This document shows positions 47,315 to 60,200 of a stretch of 64,000 bases of DNA, in pieces. The position numbers and the translations under genes are program-made. This DNA is from a virus. Each line of letters begins with the position of its first letter. Position 1 is the stretch's first letter. Where the stretch lies: the IMG/VR virus record IMGVR_UViG_3300029448_000009, positions 1 through 64,000 of that record. One strand, 5' to 3'. The notes beneath the pieces were generated by a model. The model did not search any database. It was not told where the DNA came from and worked only from the letters and a program-made list of their open reading frames with translations.

Positions 47315-48088
47315 ATGGAAGAACTAGATATATTGCAAATTCCAGACGATGGTCCAGTTGCACTAATAGATGCAGACAGTTTATTATATTACGAAATGGG
47401 TAAGCCAACACTAGAAGAGGCTATCCAAGGTATAAATAATAGATTGCTTCACATGCTAGCAATGTGCGGGACTAGCAAGTACGCAGGATTTTTAACTTTA
47501 TCAAGATGTTTTAGATATGAAGTTGCAAAAACTAAAGCCTATAAACATAATAGAAAAGGAGGTTCTAAACCTATTATTTTTTATGCTTTACGGGAGTATC
47601 TACAACAGGAGTGGAAAATGGAGGCCGTTAGAGGCTTAGAAGCAGACGATCTTGTTGCAGTGCATGCTAAACCTAGTGGAACCATTGTTTGTAGCCCAGA
47701 TAAGGACGTTCTTTATCAAGTAGCAGGTAAACATTTTAATTTTAGAACTAATGAATTTATAAAGACTTCAAAACTAGAAGCTAATAAATTTCTTTGGAAA
47801 CAAACATTAATGGGTGATGCTACAGACGGGATAGAAGGAATTCCTAAAGTGGGACCTAAAACTGCAGATAATTTATTAAAGAAGGTAACAAAAGGATTTG
47901 AAAAAATAGTAATAGAAAAGTATGTTGAAAAATTTGGATATTACGAAGGAGTTTGTAAGTTTGCTGAGACATTTAAGCTTGTACATATATTAAAAACATA
48001 TGAACAAGTAGAAAATGCAATAGGACTAGACTTATCAGGATCTCTTCAAGTTCATGATATTAAACATTTAAATATTAATTATGGTTAA
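47315..48088 (+). CDS. 5'-3' exonuclease (T7 gp6/FEN-like)
   Basis: LIDADS, YK.NR, EADD, SPDKD and GD.TDGIEGIPKVGPKTA motifs. Confidence 0.9.
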   Translation: MEELDILQIPDDGPVALIDADSLLYYEMGKPTLEEAIQGINNRLLHMLAMCGTSKYAGFLTLSRCFRYEVAKTKAYKHNRKGGSKPIIFYALREYLQQEWKMEAVRGLEADDLVAVHAKPSGTIVCSPDKDVLYQVAGKHFNFRTNEFIKTSKLEANKFLWKQTLMGDATDGIEGIPKVGPKTADNLLKKVTKGFEKIVIEKYVEKFGYYEGVCKFAETFKLVHILKTYEQVENAIGLDLSGSLQVHDIKHLNINYG

Positions 48089-48818
48089 ATGTGAAACTGT
48101 TTTATTTAATCCTCTTAATGCGAGGACTGTACGACTTACAGGTGGTACAAAAACTATTAACCCTCATGTTTTTGATGCGGAAATAGTCTCTCTAGAAATG
48201 CCTACTGACGTAGTGATTTCCACAGGAAAGACTATTTCTATTAAAAATAGAAAGTATAAAGTTAATTTTATAGATAAACTTTATAAGGGTAATGTTTTGA
48301 TTTATGATTTGCATGTAGCAAAGCCTAACAAATCAAACATATTTATATTACCAATGTTAAGCGGAGAAAGGAATTTGTATTTTTACAATACACACCTGGT
48401 TAACGTTTTTATAGGGACTGTTCAACAAAAAGGATGTATTGCTTTATTGTATAGATGGAGCAAAGATCCTTTATTTTTAAAGTTTGAAGCCGCTGTAAAA
48501 CAATTTAGAAGTTATATAGATATGGAGGACCACGATGAATACGTATTGTATTTATTTGATGTTCCGTCAGGACAAAAACAAAACTACAAGAAATTTATAA
48601 ACGGAAAATACTCAGAGTTAAGCACAAAATATAAAACACAATTACTTAAATTTCATGGAATGAATATAGATAGTCAAATAGGACAAATCTTATTTAAAAG
48701 TGAAAAACGAAAACACAGACTGGAAACTATGTTAGGATGTATACTAAGCGATGAAGCAGAATTGTATAGTATTATAAATCCAAAAAAAGAATTATTTAAT
48801 CCTAAAAACTATTTATAA
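48081..48818 (+). CDS. Hypothetical conserved phage protein
   Basis: FILPML and GKYSE motifs. Confidence 0.55.
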   Translation: MVKCETVLFNPLNARTVRLTGGTKTINPHVFDAEIVSLEMPTDVVISTGKTISIKNRKYKVNFIDKLYKGNVLIYDLHVAKPNKSNIFILPMLSGERNLYFYNTHLVNVFIGTVQQKGCIALLYRWSKDPLFLKFEAAVKQFRSYIDMEDHDEYVLYLFDVPSGQKQNYKKFINGKYSELSTKYKTQLLKFHGMNIDSQIGQILFKSEKRKHRLETMLGCILSDEAELYSIINPKKELFNPKNYL

Positions 48819-49135
48819 TGAAATTTGATGATAAACTAGACAAACAAGTAAAAAAAATTACTGACTTACTAAAATTCAAAAACAAGTCATATGGTAACAG
48901 TGCATTAGAACCAGCTAATATCTTTAGCCAAGCTAATGCCATCGACTCTCTATCTGCAAGGATAGATGATAAATTGATGCGCATTAAAAATAAAGGGATT
49001 TACGATGCAACTGAAGATACAGTCAAAGACTTAATAGGTTATTTGCTACTGTTACTTATGGCTATTGAAGAAAGAGAATTAGAAATAAAGAATGAGTCTA
49101 AAACCTCTTTCGCTAATTCCACTCTTCAAGTTTAA
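48818..49135 (+). CDS. DUF1599 / nucleotide-modification-associated domain protein
   Basis: KNKSYGNS, RIDDKLMRI and EDTVKDLIGY motifs. Confidence 0.8.
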   Translation: MKFDDKLDKQVKKITDLLKFKNKSYGNSALEPANIFSQANAIDSLSARIDDKLMRIKNKGIYDATEDTVKDLIGYLLLLLMAIEERELEIKNESKTSFANSTLQV

Positions 49136-49139
49136 TTTA

Positions 49140-49172
49140 GGAGGGCCTTTCAATTTCAAGGGAGGCCCTTTT
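49140..49172. terminator. Terminator between convergent operons
   Basis: GAGGGCCTTTC ... GGAGGCCCTTTT hairpin at the junction of + and - strand genes. Confidence 0.7.
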
Positions 49173-52100
49173 ATATTCTTGTTACGTATGGATTATTCTT
49201 ATCTTGATCGTAAACCTCAAGAACTCTTCTTAATTGCGACCATCCTGGTACAAACTTTAAAGTATGATAAAACATAGGAGTCTTATCTCTTTTGTTTTCT
49301 GGTATTATACTTAACATTTCTAACGACTCTGTCCATCCATTATTTACAACTTTTATACTATCTGTAAACAATCCTGTTAACGGTATAAGGCCTCTAGTAA
49401 ATGTAGCAAACTCTACAGGATTTAATGTAAAACCTAATTCCATTTGAGTTCTTGCTAATAACATGTACATCTTTCTACTTAACCATGTTTTATTTTTAAA
49501 CTTCTCATCATCTGGACCTACTCCCATTCCCATAGCCATCGCTGCTATATACATTCCCAATAACGCTCTTATTTCCGCTAACGTTCTTTTAACAGATCGT
49601 TGCCTCATTCTTAAAAACTCTTTAAATGGTATATTTTGTAACCGTTTATCTGTTTGATTTCTTTTCCACCTTTCAAATTCTGTTTCAGCTGCTTTTGTTC
49701 TACTTTTAAATTTCTTTTCCATAGCAGGTGTCCACTTCCCTTCTTTTTCTAATTTTGCTTTTTCTGCTGGATCCGTAATAAATTTATTTAAAAATGCTAA
49801 TTGAGTTATAGCATCTAATCCTTTTTGTAAAGAGCCCTGTAAAATTGTTTTAAATCCTAATTCTTCTCTTAATAAAGTTTTTCCATGCGATCCTGTTCCT
49901 AATCCTTTTAAGAATCCCCAATATCTACCTTCTTCTAATACTTTTAATACATCATTATATTTTCTATCCCCAAATCTAGACTCAACTACTCCTGGCATCC
50001 AACTTTTAAACTGCATCATTATTTGTCCTGTTAAAGATGTACTAAATGCTGTTATGTTTTCGTCACTCATTTCCCCTTTTATCTTTCTAGCCATTGCTTT
50101 TACCCTTAATCTAAAATCTTCATAAGACGATTGAGTTAATCCTTCAATTATTAAATTACCTTCTTTATGATTTTTTGAAAAACTTTCCCATAACGACTTT
50201 GTTCCTGCAGGAAGATCGACAAGTCTTTGTAAAACACCCTCTTTATCAATACCATGGTTTTGTGCCATAGCTACTGTTATCATACCATCTATATTTTCAT
50301 CTGGATTTCTTAATGGAGCATACCAGTTATTTAAGTCTAACCATTTATTAGAAGCTTTTGCAGACAAATCTCTAGCTTTTTGCCAAGTTAATCCTGATTG
50401 AAAAGGGTCTATATACTGAACTAATGCATGCCACGCTTTATTTTGATCTGTTCCCAGCTGTATAAAAGCTTTTCTTGCTATATTTAATTGTTTATTATTA
50501 TAATGTACACCATCTATACCGTTATAAAAAGCGTTAAAACCCCCTGTAATTCTAGCTGCTATACCTGGAATAACTGCAAATCCTAATACTTTTGCAGAGT
50601 ATATAGATTGTAAAGTTTTAATTGTTTTTATTTTACTTATACCCAACATTGTACTATCTTCATCTTGTATTTTTTGTCCGTACAAATAAAAATTTATAAA
50701 CTTATCATAGGTTGCTAATAATTCTGGAGACGCGTCTTGTTTTCTAATTTCTGATCCTTGATATTGTAATTGTCCTTTTTTAGTTACAGCTTCTCCTCTT
50801 TCTATAACCATCTCTTTTAGCCCCATAACATAAGATTCTATTTCTCCCATGTGTTTATGATTATAAAGACTTGTTGCTAATAAATATAAAGACTTAGATA
50901 GATCTGTGGATTTCATTCCAGCAGCTACCTCTCCATGACTATTTGTTAAATCATTTAAATATGGTAAAGGTATTTGACTTATCATTGAGCCGTCATTGTT
51001 ATAATTAAACACACCCATTGTTTCTGTTTCTTCTTTAATCATAAAACTTCTCGACAGGGCATCAGCCATTTCATTCATTCCTTTAAATCCTAATCCATTA
51101 TTTAATAAAGATTCCATCATGTCGTCTTTTACATTAGCTATAAAGTTTGGTCCTATATTAATATTAGCTTGATTGCTCATATTTTCTATAGTTTCTCTAT
51201 ACTTATTGTAATAATCTAACACAGGTTTATTAGCTGCTATACGTTTAAATTTTTCAGAATAATTGTCTTGAGGATTTTTAGGTTCTAAAAACATTCCCCA
51301 GTATTGATTTAACCAAGCTTTACCATATAAAGGATCAAAAACGTTGTATTTTTCATCCCACCTTTTAATATTTGCTTTTCTTATAGCCATATTTTTAGAA
51401 GGTTTAACAACTAATTTACCTTTGTCGTTGTATTCTCTTAGATCTGGATGTAAAAACTCTTCTCGCGCAATCATATTTTTTCTCATTTGATTGAATTTTT
51501 TTCTAGCGCCTTCTTTAATTTTAAAGTTTTCTTTCATCCAAACTTCATCTCCCTTTTCCTGTTTTGTTTTAATTTGATCTCTAAAATCTTTAGAAAACAT
51601 AGGAACTAAAGTTTTAAAAATAGTTTCATCTTTTTCATTTTTAGTTTCTTCTATTAGTACATCTCTAAAAGCTTCTGTTAAAGTCATCCCATTGTCTTTA
51701 GCCCACTTGTTTAACCCTCCATTTCTTTTACCATTCTTATCTTTAGGTCCAAATGTAATATCTTGTATTTCTTCATATATACCATCTGTAACTGCTTTTG
51801 TTTTATTAAAAGATTGATAGATTTTTTTATATGCAGCTCTAAATGCTGGATGTGGGAATACATCCATAGTTGTAAAATTCTTACTTAACCATCCTGTAGT
51901 TTTAGGAGTTTCTGATAAATCTATATCATCACGTTGTGCTTTTGTAGTAATTTTTTGCATCCATGCATCTCTAACACGTTGTAAATTATTATTTACAATA
52001 GTTGAAGCAGCATTAAAAGCGTCTTGATAATTTCTTGCTTCTTCTTTATTTTTAGAGTTTTTAAGTTTATCATCAAAATACTTTATTGTTTTATCTGTAA

Positions 52101-54231
52101 TACCTTTAAACAATACAAAATCTTCATATATAGACTTTAAGTCATTTTCATCTAGGTAGTCTGGATGATTTACATCTTGTATACCTACACCAGATGTAAC
52201 CAAACTAATTCTTTGTGCAACTTTATCTATTAAACTTTTTATGTCTCCTTTTACAACAAGTTCTTGCATACCATCTTCTAGGATCTCTATACGAGCTTGC
52301 AGCTTAGCAAAGTCTGTTCTTTTAGCTTTTATATTTCTTTGTTGAGTTTTTAATCTTTTAATTTGATTATCTAATTTGTTTACTAGCTCGTCTAGTTCTT
52401 CATAATCTGTTTTTTCTAAAGCTACAGCAATAGATCTTAAGAATTCTGGATTTGTATGCGCCATTTCAAACTTAACAAGGTTATTAGTAAAGTTTTTAGC
52501 AACTGTTTTTGCAAATTCTACATGGATTGGTATGATTCTTGTTCTATTAAACTTTTCAACTTTATGAACCTCTTGTAACATATTCATATAAGTACTAATC
52601 TGTGTGTTATAGCTATCCATTTTTTGTCTAAAAGGATTTTTATCTATTTTTCCTTTATCTGTATAATAACTAGATGGAGATATTGTTTTCCAATCAAGTA
52701 GATCCATACTAGCGTCTGAATATACAACAGCAGCATCTATAGTTCCTGCTACGCCTGTCAGCCCCGCCATTTTACTGTGAGGATTTACAATTCTTAACTC
52801 AGTAAGTAAATTAGCTTTTCCTTCACCAATCTTTTTTTGTTGGATCTCTATTTGTTTAATATGATTTCTTACACCTGTTTTAAATATCTCAAAGTGTCTT
52901 CTAGTCATATTAGCTTCAGCTCGAATTTGTTCTAAAGTTTTTGTTCCTACACCATCTACATCTATAACATCTATTAAATCACTTTTACCTCCATAAAAAT
53001 TCATTAACTGCTGTGCAGCATTATGTATTCTAATACCATTTTTTCTTAAATGTTGACTTCTTTCTAGGTTAGATATTTCTAAAGCTCTTTGTTTACCTTT
53101 TTGTCTAACAAAATCTCTAGTACTTTTATCTGTAACACGATTACTAATAATATATTCTACTCCGTTTTTAGTAAATTTATATCTTTTCAGTTTTTTACCT
53201 TCAGAAAACTCTTCTATAACCTCTAATTGTCTAGGCAGTTTACCATCCTCTTCTTGTATCCATTCTTTTATAACTAAGTTTTTATGATCTTCTTTTAGAC
53301 TGTTAGTTACCTTTTCTTGTGGAGTTTCTGTTTCATTTGTTTCTTCTTGTTGTAACATTTCAACGTCCCCAATCTCTTCCACGGCATCTTTATATGTTGT
53401 TTTACTTTCTAGCAACATATTTTCCGCAGCTGCTAAAAATGGATTATTCTCTCCTCCAAAAAATTTCTTAATTGCATTTAATACTTTTTGAAACCATCTA
53501 CCAAATCTAGATATGTTTGGCTTACTTTCTGCAGAAGAGTGTGTGTTAACAACTTCAGCTGCTATTAGTTTTCCTATTGCTTCGTCTCTTAGTTTAGACT
53601 GATTAGGAGAACCGTCCTCGTTTTGATATAAAGGATTAGAAGAATACTCATTAGTTACTTTCTTTAACATGTCGTACTTATCTATACTTCTTAGCATAGA
53701 TTGGTATAAAGGACTATCTTTAGCCTTTAACAGTTCGACAAATAAATGTGATGCTTCTTCAGGTAATGTAGTTATATCTGCTTTACCTCTTACAACTTGA
53801 ACAGTTTTTAATAACGTATCTAATTTAGCAACTCCTGAAATGTTATTACCTGCACGATCTGTAAGGCTGTCTACAACCTTTGTAGTAAATCCAAATTCGA
53901 GTAAAAAGTCTTTCATTCTTTCATTTAACTCTTTATTTGCATCTTCTATAACGGGATCTGTTTCTTGCTGATTATAAATATTTACTTCAGGTTTAGGTAA
54001 AGTCTCCATAACAGACTCGACACTTTCTATGTACGGTTCCCCATTCTCATCTAAAACATCTTCAAATTTATTTTTAAATGCTTTTGTTTGAGTCTCAAGC
54101 CATACTTTATGCGCTTCTTCTTTGCTGCCCAGTCTAGAAACTAGATCATTAAACAGGTTAGAAGGACTACCATTGTTTGCGTATACTTGTGATACACTCC
54201 CATCTATATTTTTTACTACGTTACATGCCAT
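49171..54231 (-). CDS. Large virion cargo/ejection protein with degenerate zincin-like and PD-(D/E)xK nuclease-like domains
   Basis: 1686 aa downstream of the vRNAP; LPEEASH and AGTID...LLDWKT...Q...Y motifs. Confidence 0.7.
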   Translation of the reverse strand: MACNVVKNIDGSVSQVYANNGSPSNLFNDLVSRLGSKEEAHKVWLETQTKAFKNKFEDVLDENGEPYIESVESVMETLPKPEVNIYNQQETDPVIEDANKELNERMKDFLLEFGFTTKVVDSLTDRAGNNISGVAKLDTLLKTVQVVRGKADITTLPEEASHLFVELLKAKDSPLYQSMLRSIDKYDMLKKVTNEYSSNPLYQNEDGSPNQSKLRDEAIGKLIAAEVVNTHSSAESKPNISRFGRWFQKVLNAIKKFFGGENNPFLAAAENMLLESKTTYKDAVEEIGDVEMLQQEETNETETPQEKVTNSLKEDHKNLVIKEWIQEEDGKLPRQLEVIEEFSEGKKLKRYKFTKNGVEYIISNRVTDKSTRDFVRQKGKQRALEISNLERSQHLRKNGIRIHNAAQQLMNFYGGKSDLIDVIDVDGVGTKTLEQIRAEANMTRRHFEIFKTGVRNHIKQIEIQQKKIGEGKANLLTELRIVNPHSKMAGLTGVAGTIDAAVVYSDASMDLLDWKTISPSSYYTDKGKIDKNPFRQKMDSYNTQISTYMNMLQEVHKVEKFNRTRIIPIHVEFAKTVAKNFTNNLVKFEMAHTNPEFLRSIAVALEKTDYEELDELVNKLDNQIKRLKTQQRNIKAKRTDFAKLQARIEILEDGMQELVVKGDIKSLIDKVAQRISLVTSGVGIQDVNHPDYLDENDLKSIYEDFVLFKGITDKTIKYFDDKLKNSKNKEEARNYQDAFNAASTIVNNNLQRVRDAWMQKITTKAQRDDIDLSETPKTTGWLSKNFTTMDVFPHPAFRAAYKKIYQSFNKTKAVTDGIYEEIQDITFGPKDKNGKRNGGLNKWAKDNGMTLTEAFRDVLIEETKNEKDETIFKTLVPMFSKDFRDQIKTKQEKGDEVWMKENFKIKEGARKKFNQMRKNMIAREEFLHPDLREYNDKGKLVVKPSKNMAIRKANIKRWDEKYNVFDPLYGKAWLNQYWGMFLEPKNPQDNYSEKFKRIAANKPVLDYYNKYRETIENMSNQANINIGPNFIANVKDDMMESLLNNGLGFKGMNEMADALSRSFMIKEETETMGVFNYNNDGSMISQIPLPYLNDLTNSHGEVAAGMKSTDLSKSLYLLATSLYNHKHMGEIESYVMGLKEMVIERGEAVTKKGQLQYQGSEIRKQDASPELLATYDKFINFYLYGQKIQDEDSTMLGISKIKTIKTLQSIYSAKVLGFAVIPGIAARITGGFNAFYNGIDGVHYNNKQLNIARKAFIQLGTDQNKAWHALVQYIDPFQSGLTWQKARDLSAKASNKWLDLNNWYAPLRNPDENIDGMITVAMAQNHGIDKEGVLQRLVDLPAGTKSLWESFSKNHKEGNLIIEGLTQSSYEDFRLRVKAMARKIKGEMSDENITAFSTSLTGQIMMQFKSWMPGVVESRFGDRKYNDVLKVLEEGRYWGFLKGLGTGSHGKTLLREELGFKTILQGSLQKGLDAITQLAFLNKFITDPAEKAKLEKEGKWTPAMEKKFKSRTKAAETEFERWKRNQTDKRLQNIPFKEFLRMRQRSVKRTLAEIRALLGMYIAAMAMGMGVGPDDEKFKNKTWLSRKMYMLLARTQMELGFTLNPVEFATFTRGLIPLTGLFTDSIKVVNNGWTESLEMLSIIPENKRDKTPMFYHTLKFVPGWSQLRRVLEVYDQDKNNPYVTRI

Positions 54232-57200
54232 TATTTACAAGTTGTTTTTTTCTCAATTGCTATTCGTTCTGCTATTTCTTTTGGATTTATTTTTAGTGTG
54301 TTTGCTATAGGATTTATAGCAGTAGTTCCTACTATTGTAACATTTCTTCTTTTTCTTAGCTGTCTTCTTAGTATTCCTAACCTCATCTTTTCTTCACTAG
54401 TCAAATCGTTTAAAAGTTTACTACCTGGTACTCCTACTTTAATTGATAAAGATTGATTTATATTATTAAGTCGTGTTTGTTCTTGCATCAATATATTTAC
54501 AGCCATTTCACCTGTACCTGGTAAAAGTTTTGTTTGAAAGCTTCTCTTACCATTTTTAATTTGTTGTTGTATATCTTTTCTTAGTTGTTCTTCTACAATA
54601 GCAGCCCCATCTTCACCTTCATAGATCTCAGGTCTTACATGTTGTATGTTTACAACTTTTTTGTAATCCTCTTCAGCATTAATGTTTTCTTTTGCATCAA
54701 CCCCAACAACTTCATAAACACTTAACTTTTGATTTTTACTGCTGTCTAACCAAGAAGATGGTATTTTATTTTTACCTGATTTTATTTTAGGTAATAATTT
54801 ATCCCAACTGTCATACCCTTCATTCCTTGCAAAGTTATCTAATTCTTCTGCACTATCCAAACCTTTGTATTGTATTTCATCAACCAGTTTTAAATGTATC
54901 TTAGTGTTATCTGGTAACACATACACTTTACCGCTTTTGAAAGATCCTGCAGGAACACTTATATTTTTAACTGCGCCCTTTGCAATTTGAGCTAATTCAA
55001 ATTTAGAAAATGTAGTACCTATAGGAGAAATAATTTGTTTACTAAATACATCTTGTGTTTGAGTATATCGTAAATTGTTTTTATCAAGTATAGATTTTTC
55101 ATTAGGATCTGTAGGGTATTCTTTTAAGTTTAACCCATTTCCTAATTTATCTACTATTTCATATGATGCATAATCACTTTTGCTATTTTGATTTAAAGAC
55201 TTTTTAAATAACAATGTTGTTTTAGGAACTGGTAATCCTTTAGCTTTTAACTCTTCTGCTTCCTGTGTTTCTACAGCATCTGTAATAACAGATACATATG
55301 GGAACCCGCTAGTAGGATCTGCAGATTTTATTTTAGGAAAAATATTTTTTGATTGTATTGTATACTTACTTCGAGGTAATCTTGGAACAATTCTAGAATT
55401 ATGCCAATTGTTTCTAAAGAAATTATCAAAGAAATTAATTACATCTGTGCTACCAGGTTTTAGCTTATTAACTATTTGAACTGCACGTTCTGTAAACTTT
55501 TCTGTAGGTAATAAATGTAAGTAACTCATATTAGTTAAAGACATACCCGATTGTAAGATTGCATGGTCCACTAACATGTTTTGATCTGCTTCTGGTAACT
55601 CTAAGAAAGAATCTCTCATTAAGTTAGCTTCATAGTTATTTAAAACTCTAGTATATACTTTTATATTATCTGTACCTCTTAATGGTCCTGTTCTTACTTT
55701 TTCTATAGACGGTAATAAAGATTGTACAAAACTATTATTTGGGTACTCTTTTTGTAATTGTGCTACTCTTTTTGCAGCCGTGTTTTCCCCTAAAAATAAT
55801 TGTTCTGCTTTGTCTCCTAATTTAACACCATCAAACTTATGTGATAATAAGGCAGCAATAACTAATTCATTTTCTGCTTCATTCATAACAGCTAATCTAT
55901 TAGCATCACTTAATGGTAATTTATTATTAGAAAATATTTCAAAGATAGCATCTAGTTGACCAACAGCTCTAGGCCCCGCACGGTCTGTTAAGAACATAGA
56001 GTTAAACTGTTTTGATGCTGCTTCATGGGTTAAATAGAATTCATTTAAATGTGTTCTTAATATTAAATTATCTATGTTCCCAAATGTATTGTCTGCTTTA
56101 ACTTGATCGTACTGTTCTAGTATTAATCGAGCATGATTTCTACCTTTTGGTTGTTTTGTATCAAAAGAGGTTGCTAAAGTTAAAGCTGTTAACTGTCCCC
56201 CAATTGCATCATACAATACAAAATCTTCTAGTATTTGTTGTTGATCTTGTGCTAGATTTTCTTTTACCAGTTCGGTTTTTGTTTTTTGAGACATTTCTTT
56301 TAACTGCTCTGCATTAAATAGTTTGTCTTGTCTGTTAGTTTGTGGTTTATTAGGACTGTATAAATTTAATACAGCGTTAAGTATAACCTTTTTAGACATT
56401 GGGCTATTTTTAACCATTTGTATTTTACTTTTATTTACATTAAGTGCTTTAATGTAATCTTTTACAATTGGCTGATTAATTAAAAAGACAGCATTTCTTA
56501 CTGGGACTCCTGATCTTAATAAAAACATAAGCGCATTTCCAACTTCAGGAACAAGGTTTAAGTCAGCTACAATAGGGTCTTCTGATGCATCTGCAAAAAC
56601 ATTCAATAATTCAGATGCAATTTCAGTTATTCTGTGCTCTCCATTAACATCGTATATCCTGTCTAATCTAATTGGATTTCCTGTTAGTCCCCCAAAACCT
56701 TCTAAGTTTATACCTAATTTGCTAAACTTTTTTACTCCGTCTATCTCAGTGTTTGGTCTGAGATATAGCCCTGCCTGCTGTGATTTTACTATGTGTGTAG
56801 CATTGGTAGCGGCTATACCCAAACCATTCTTTCCTGATTGGAAATCCTTTGTGATATTAAAGATATGTGGATATGATATTAGATCTGCGTATGTAACGTC
56901 TCTTTCTTTTATTCCTAGCTCATCTCTTATATCTAGTATTACCCTAGTTCCAATAGGATTAAGTAATTGATTATAAGATCTAGAATTAGATAATATTTTT
57001 GTTTTTAAATCAATCATTCTGTTTTGTACAGCTCCGATGTGATTTAACTCTGTAGGATTTTTACCTTTATTTTCTGCAAAAAATTCATCTAATGAAGGTA
57101 TTTTATTTGCTTTCTTTTTTAATTTATTAAACTCTTTTATAACGTCTTCTACACGATCTGCACGATCTTTGTCAGGGTTACTTGCAAGTTTTCTAAATCT

Positions 57201-60200
57201 ACTAAATAATACTTCTATTTCTGCATCTGAATAATCGTATAACTTATCACCTGCTATATTAGGATTCTCTCTAAAAATAGCCATTAACAAATTATTTACA
57301 GCTGCTTCTGTGCTTCCTAATTCTTGTTCCTGTGCAACGATTAAATCTTTATTTAACTTGCTCCAAAAGTTGTTAAATGGACCATACACAGCATTATAGT
57401 ATACTGCCATACCTTCTTTGGTATTTGTATCTGCATTTATAAACTCTCTTTTTGTTATCATTCCATCTTTAACTGTATAAGATGGAAGATATAATGTTAA
57501 TTTATCAATATCAAAATCAGACCCTGCTTTTACAACAAGCTCAGAAGGGACCATAATTTGAGCCCCAGCTTCTGCAGGTAAAAAGCCTTTAATAGTCATA
57601 AAGTCTATAGAGTGCAACCCATCTGTAGGTATACGGAATCCTATTAATTCTAATAAATTAGAGTCTCCTATTTTCTTTCCTCTTTCATTGTATATACCGT
57701 CCTGTCTTATTTCTAAATTTTTACCTAAGAGTTCTTTAAAGTAGTGTGGTAGGTATACCTCCATACCAAGAGTTTCTGAGTCTTTATTTCTACGGTCTTT
57801 TTTACGGTAAAATTTTAAACCTGTTGCTCCTGAAGATTGTAATTTTCCTTCTTTTACAACCCTAACAACTTGTTCTTTTCCAATTGCAGTTTCTGATCCT
57901 AAAGAGGATACCTGTACTGCATTTTCACCTGTTACTTTTTGTGTAATAGTATTATTAGATATTAAAGAAAACAATAAATTTTCAATTCTATTTTTATTTA
58001 CAATTAAATCAAACACCTTTTTGTCCCCGTCAGGCTGATTTAATAAAGACTCAATACCTGCAGCTACATTTTCTGGATAATTTCTTTTAGCTATTTCATC
58101 ACGGATCATATCAGCAAACTTTTGCATGTTACCATCTTTTAGTTTATAGCTTGTTTCCCCGTTCTTAGTAGTTTGTTCTAGATTAAATCTTTTTAATAAA
58201 TTTTCTCTACTTCTTCGTGTTATTTCATTAACTGCATCTAAATAATCTGATGCATTTTTATGTACTTCAGATTTAGATTTCTTTTGTTCTTCAGTTAAAC
58301 CTGCCCAAGTTTTTGTATCTCCTTCATAATCTACTGGCATTCCTCCTTCATACAGATTAGCAAGTATATGTGTTCTAGACTGCGTACCTAAAGTAACTTT
58401 ACCTTTAAACTCTTTGTTAATATCTACTTGTATCCCAAAATAAGATAAATCTATAACTGTGTGTAAATCAGGATCAATTGAGTTTATACCCCCATTTTCA
58501 TTATAAAATGCAGGTGCGTTTCCTGTATCTAAACTTACTCTACTTCCCACTTTTGCTGCTGTAGGATGCATAACCATGTCTGTATTAGTTTCATACATGT
58601 TTTTTAACAGTCCTTTTAATGCAGTATCCTTTCCATTTATTCTAGTCATCTGTGGAAAAATAGGAGTTAAAGATAGTTTTAATCCTACCATTTGTTTTAA
58701 TGGGGATATTGCAGGTCCAAATCCTTGAGGCTTTAGTGTTGGGAATGAGGTAAGTTCTTCTCTTGTAAGTTCCTGTCCTAACATTGCCTTTTTAAATAGA
58801 TTTTCTTGTTTACCTGTCCAATCACCAATTCTCATCATAAGTTCTCTATAGAAATGTATATTAGCAAATGCATTAGCATCTGCCTCTTCTATGTTTCTAT
58901 ATAGATTAGATATGTCCTCCCCTAAATATTCAGCATATTCTCTCCAATACACACTTTCTGATACAGGATCTCCATAAACCATTATATTAGCTTGACCTGT
59001 ATAGTTTTTATTGTGATCTCCGTATTCTTCTTTTATATCTTCACTAGTTTCTACTTCATTACTGTTTAACCAAGAATTCATTAATTCATCAGTTCTAGGG
59101 AATTTTTTTGTACCAGATGCAAGTTTAGTTCTTTTGTATAGATCTTTATACTGCGCTACATCACCAAAGAAAAGTTTTAGTTGTTCTACATTACCTATAA
59201 AAGTTCTTAAGGTAAAAGCATGTGCAATGTCGTTTACTTGTGAATCAGTTAAAGTTGTTTTAGATACATTTTTGCTACCTAAAATTTCAGATATAGTTTG
59301 ATAATCTAAACCATTATTAACAAATGTGTTTCCTTTTCCTTTGCTAATAATTTTATTAGTTAACATCAAAGTTTTATTCTTTTTACTTTGATCATTTAAA
59401 TATTGTATAATAGCTCTAATTAAGGTATTCTCATGTTTTGCTATAAATTGCCCAACTGGTATATTACCTGCTAATGCAGCATCTAAATCTGAAATCTCAG
59501 ATAAGTTTAGTCTAGATCTAACTATATGATTAAACACACGTAGTTCCCCAGCTTTATCTTTATAATCTTTAATATCTTTACCTACACCTTTAGTTCTAAA
59601 TTGTACTGCTGTATTTAATTCGTCTATAAAGTATCCTAACAATTGTCCTTTAGCATCTATTGCATCATTAAACTGCTCAATAGGTAATCTTACACCATAT
59701 TCTGTTTTAGCATCTGCTGTTCTTAATATTGGGATAACACCATTTAAAACAGAGTTTATGTATACTGCAGCTCTATCTTCATATGTTAAATGTGAGGTAT
59801 GTAATCCTTGATCTCCAGCCCTGTCTATTCTTAAGCCTTCAATAACATGCATGTCTATCTTTAAATTAGGGTTTTCAGACAGTGCTCTTAAAACTGCTGA
59901 ATTCGCAACATACGGATTATTTTGAAAGTGCGGTAATAAAGTACCTTTGTTTAGTTTATTAGAAATCATACTCATATAATTATTTAATGTGATTCCATAA
60001 ACAGGTTTACCTTCTGCATTTAAATGTTTTGGTTCAACTATCTTATCGTTAAAAAGCATTTCTACTTTTAATAAATTACCAAGTCTTGTTTGCGCGTCTA
60101 ATGTTTCTTTAGCAAATAGATCTGCACCTAAGTTACCTTTTGGCAACTCTGATAACAACCAGCTTGCTGAGTCCCTCATAATTTCTTTTACAGATTTACC

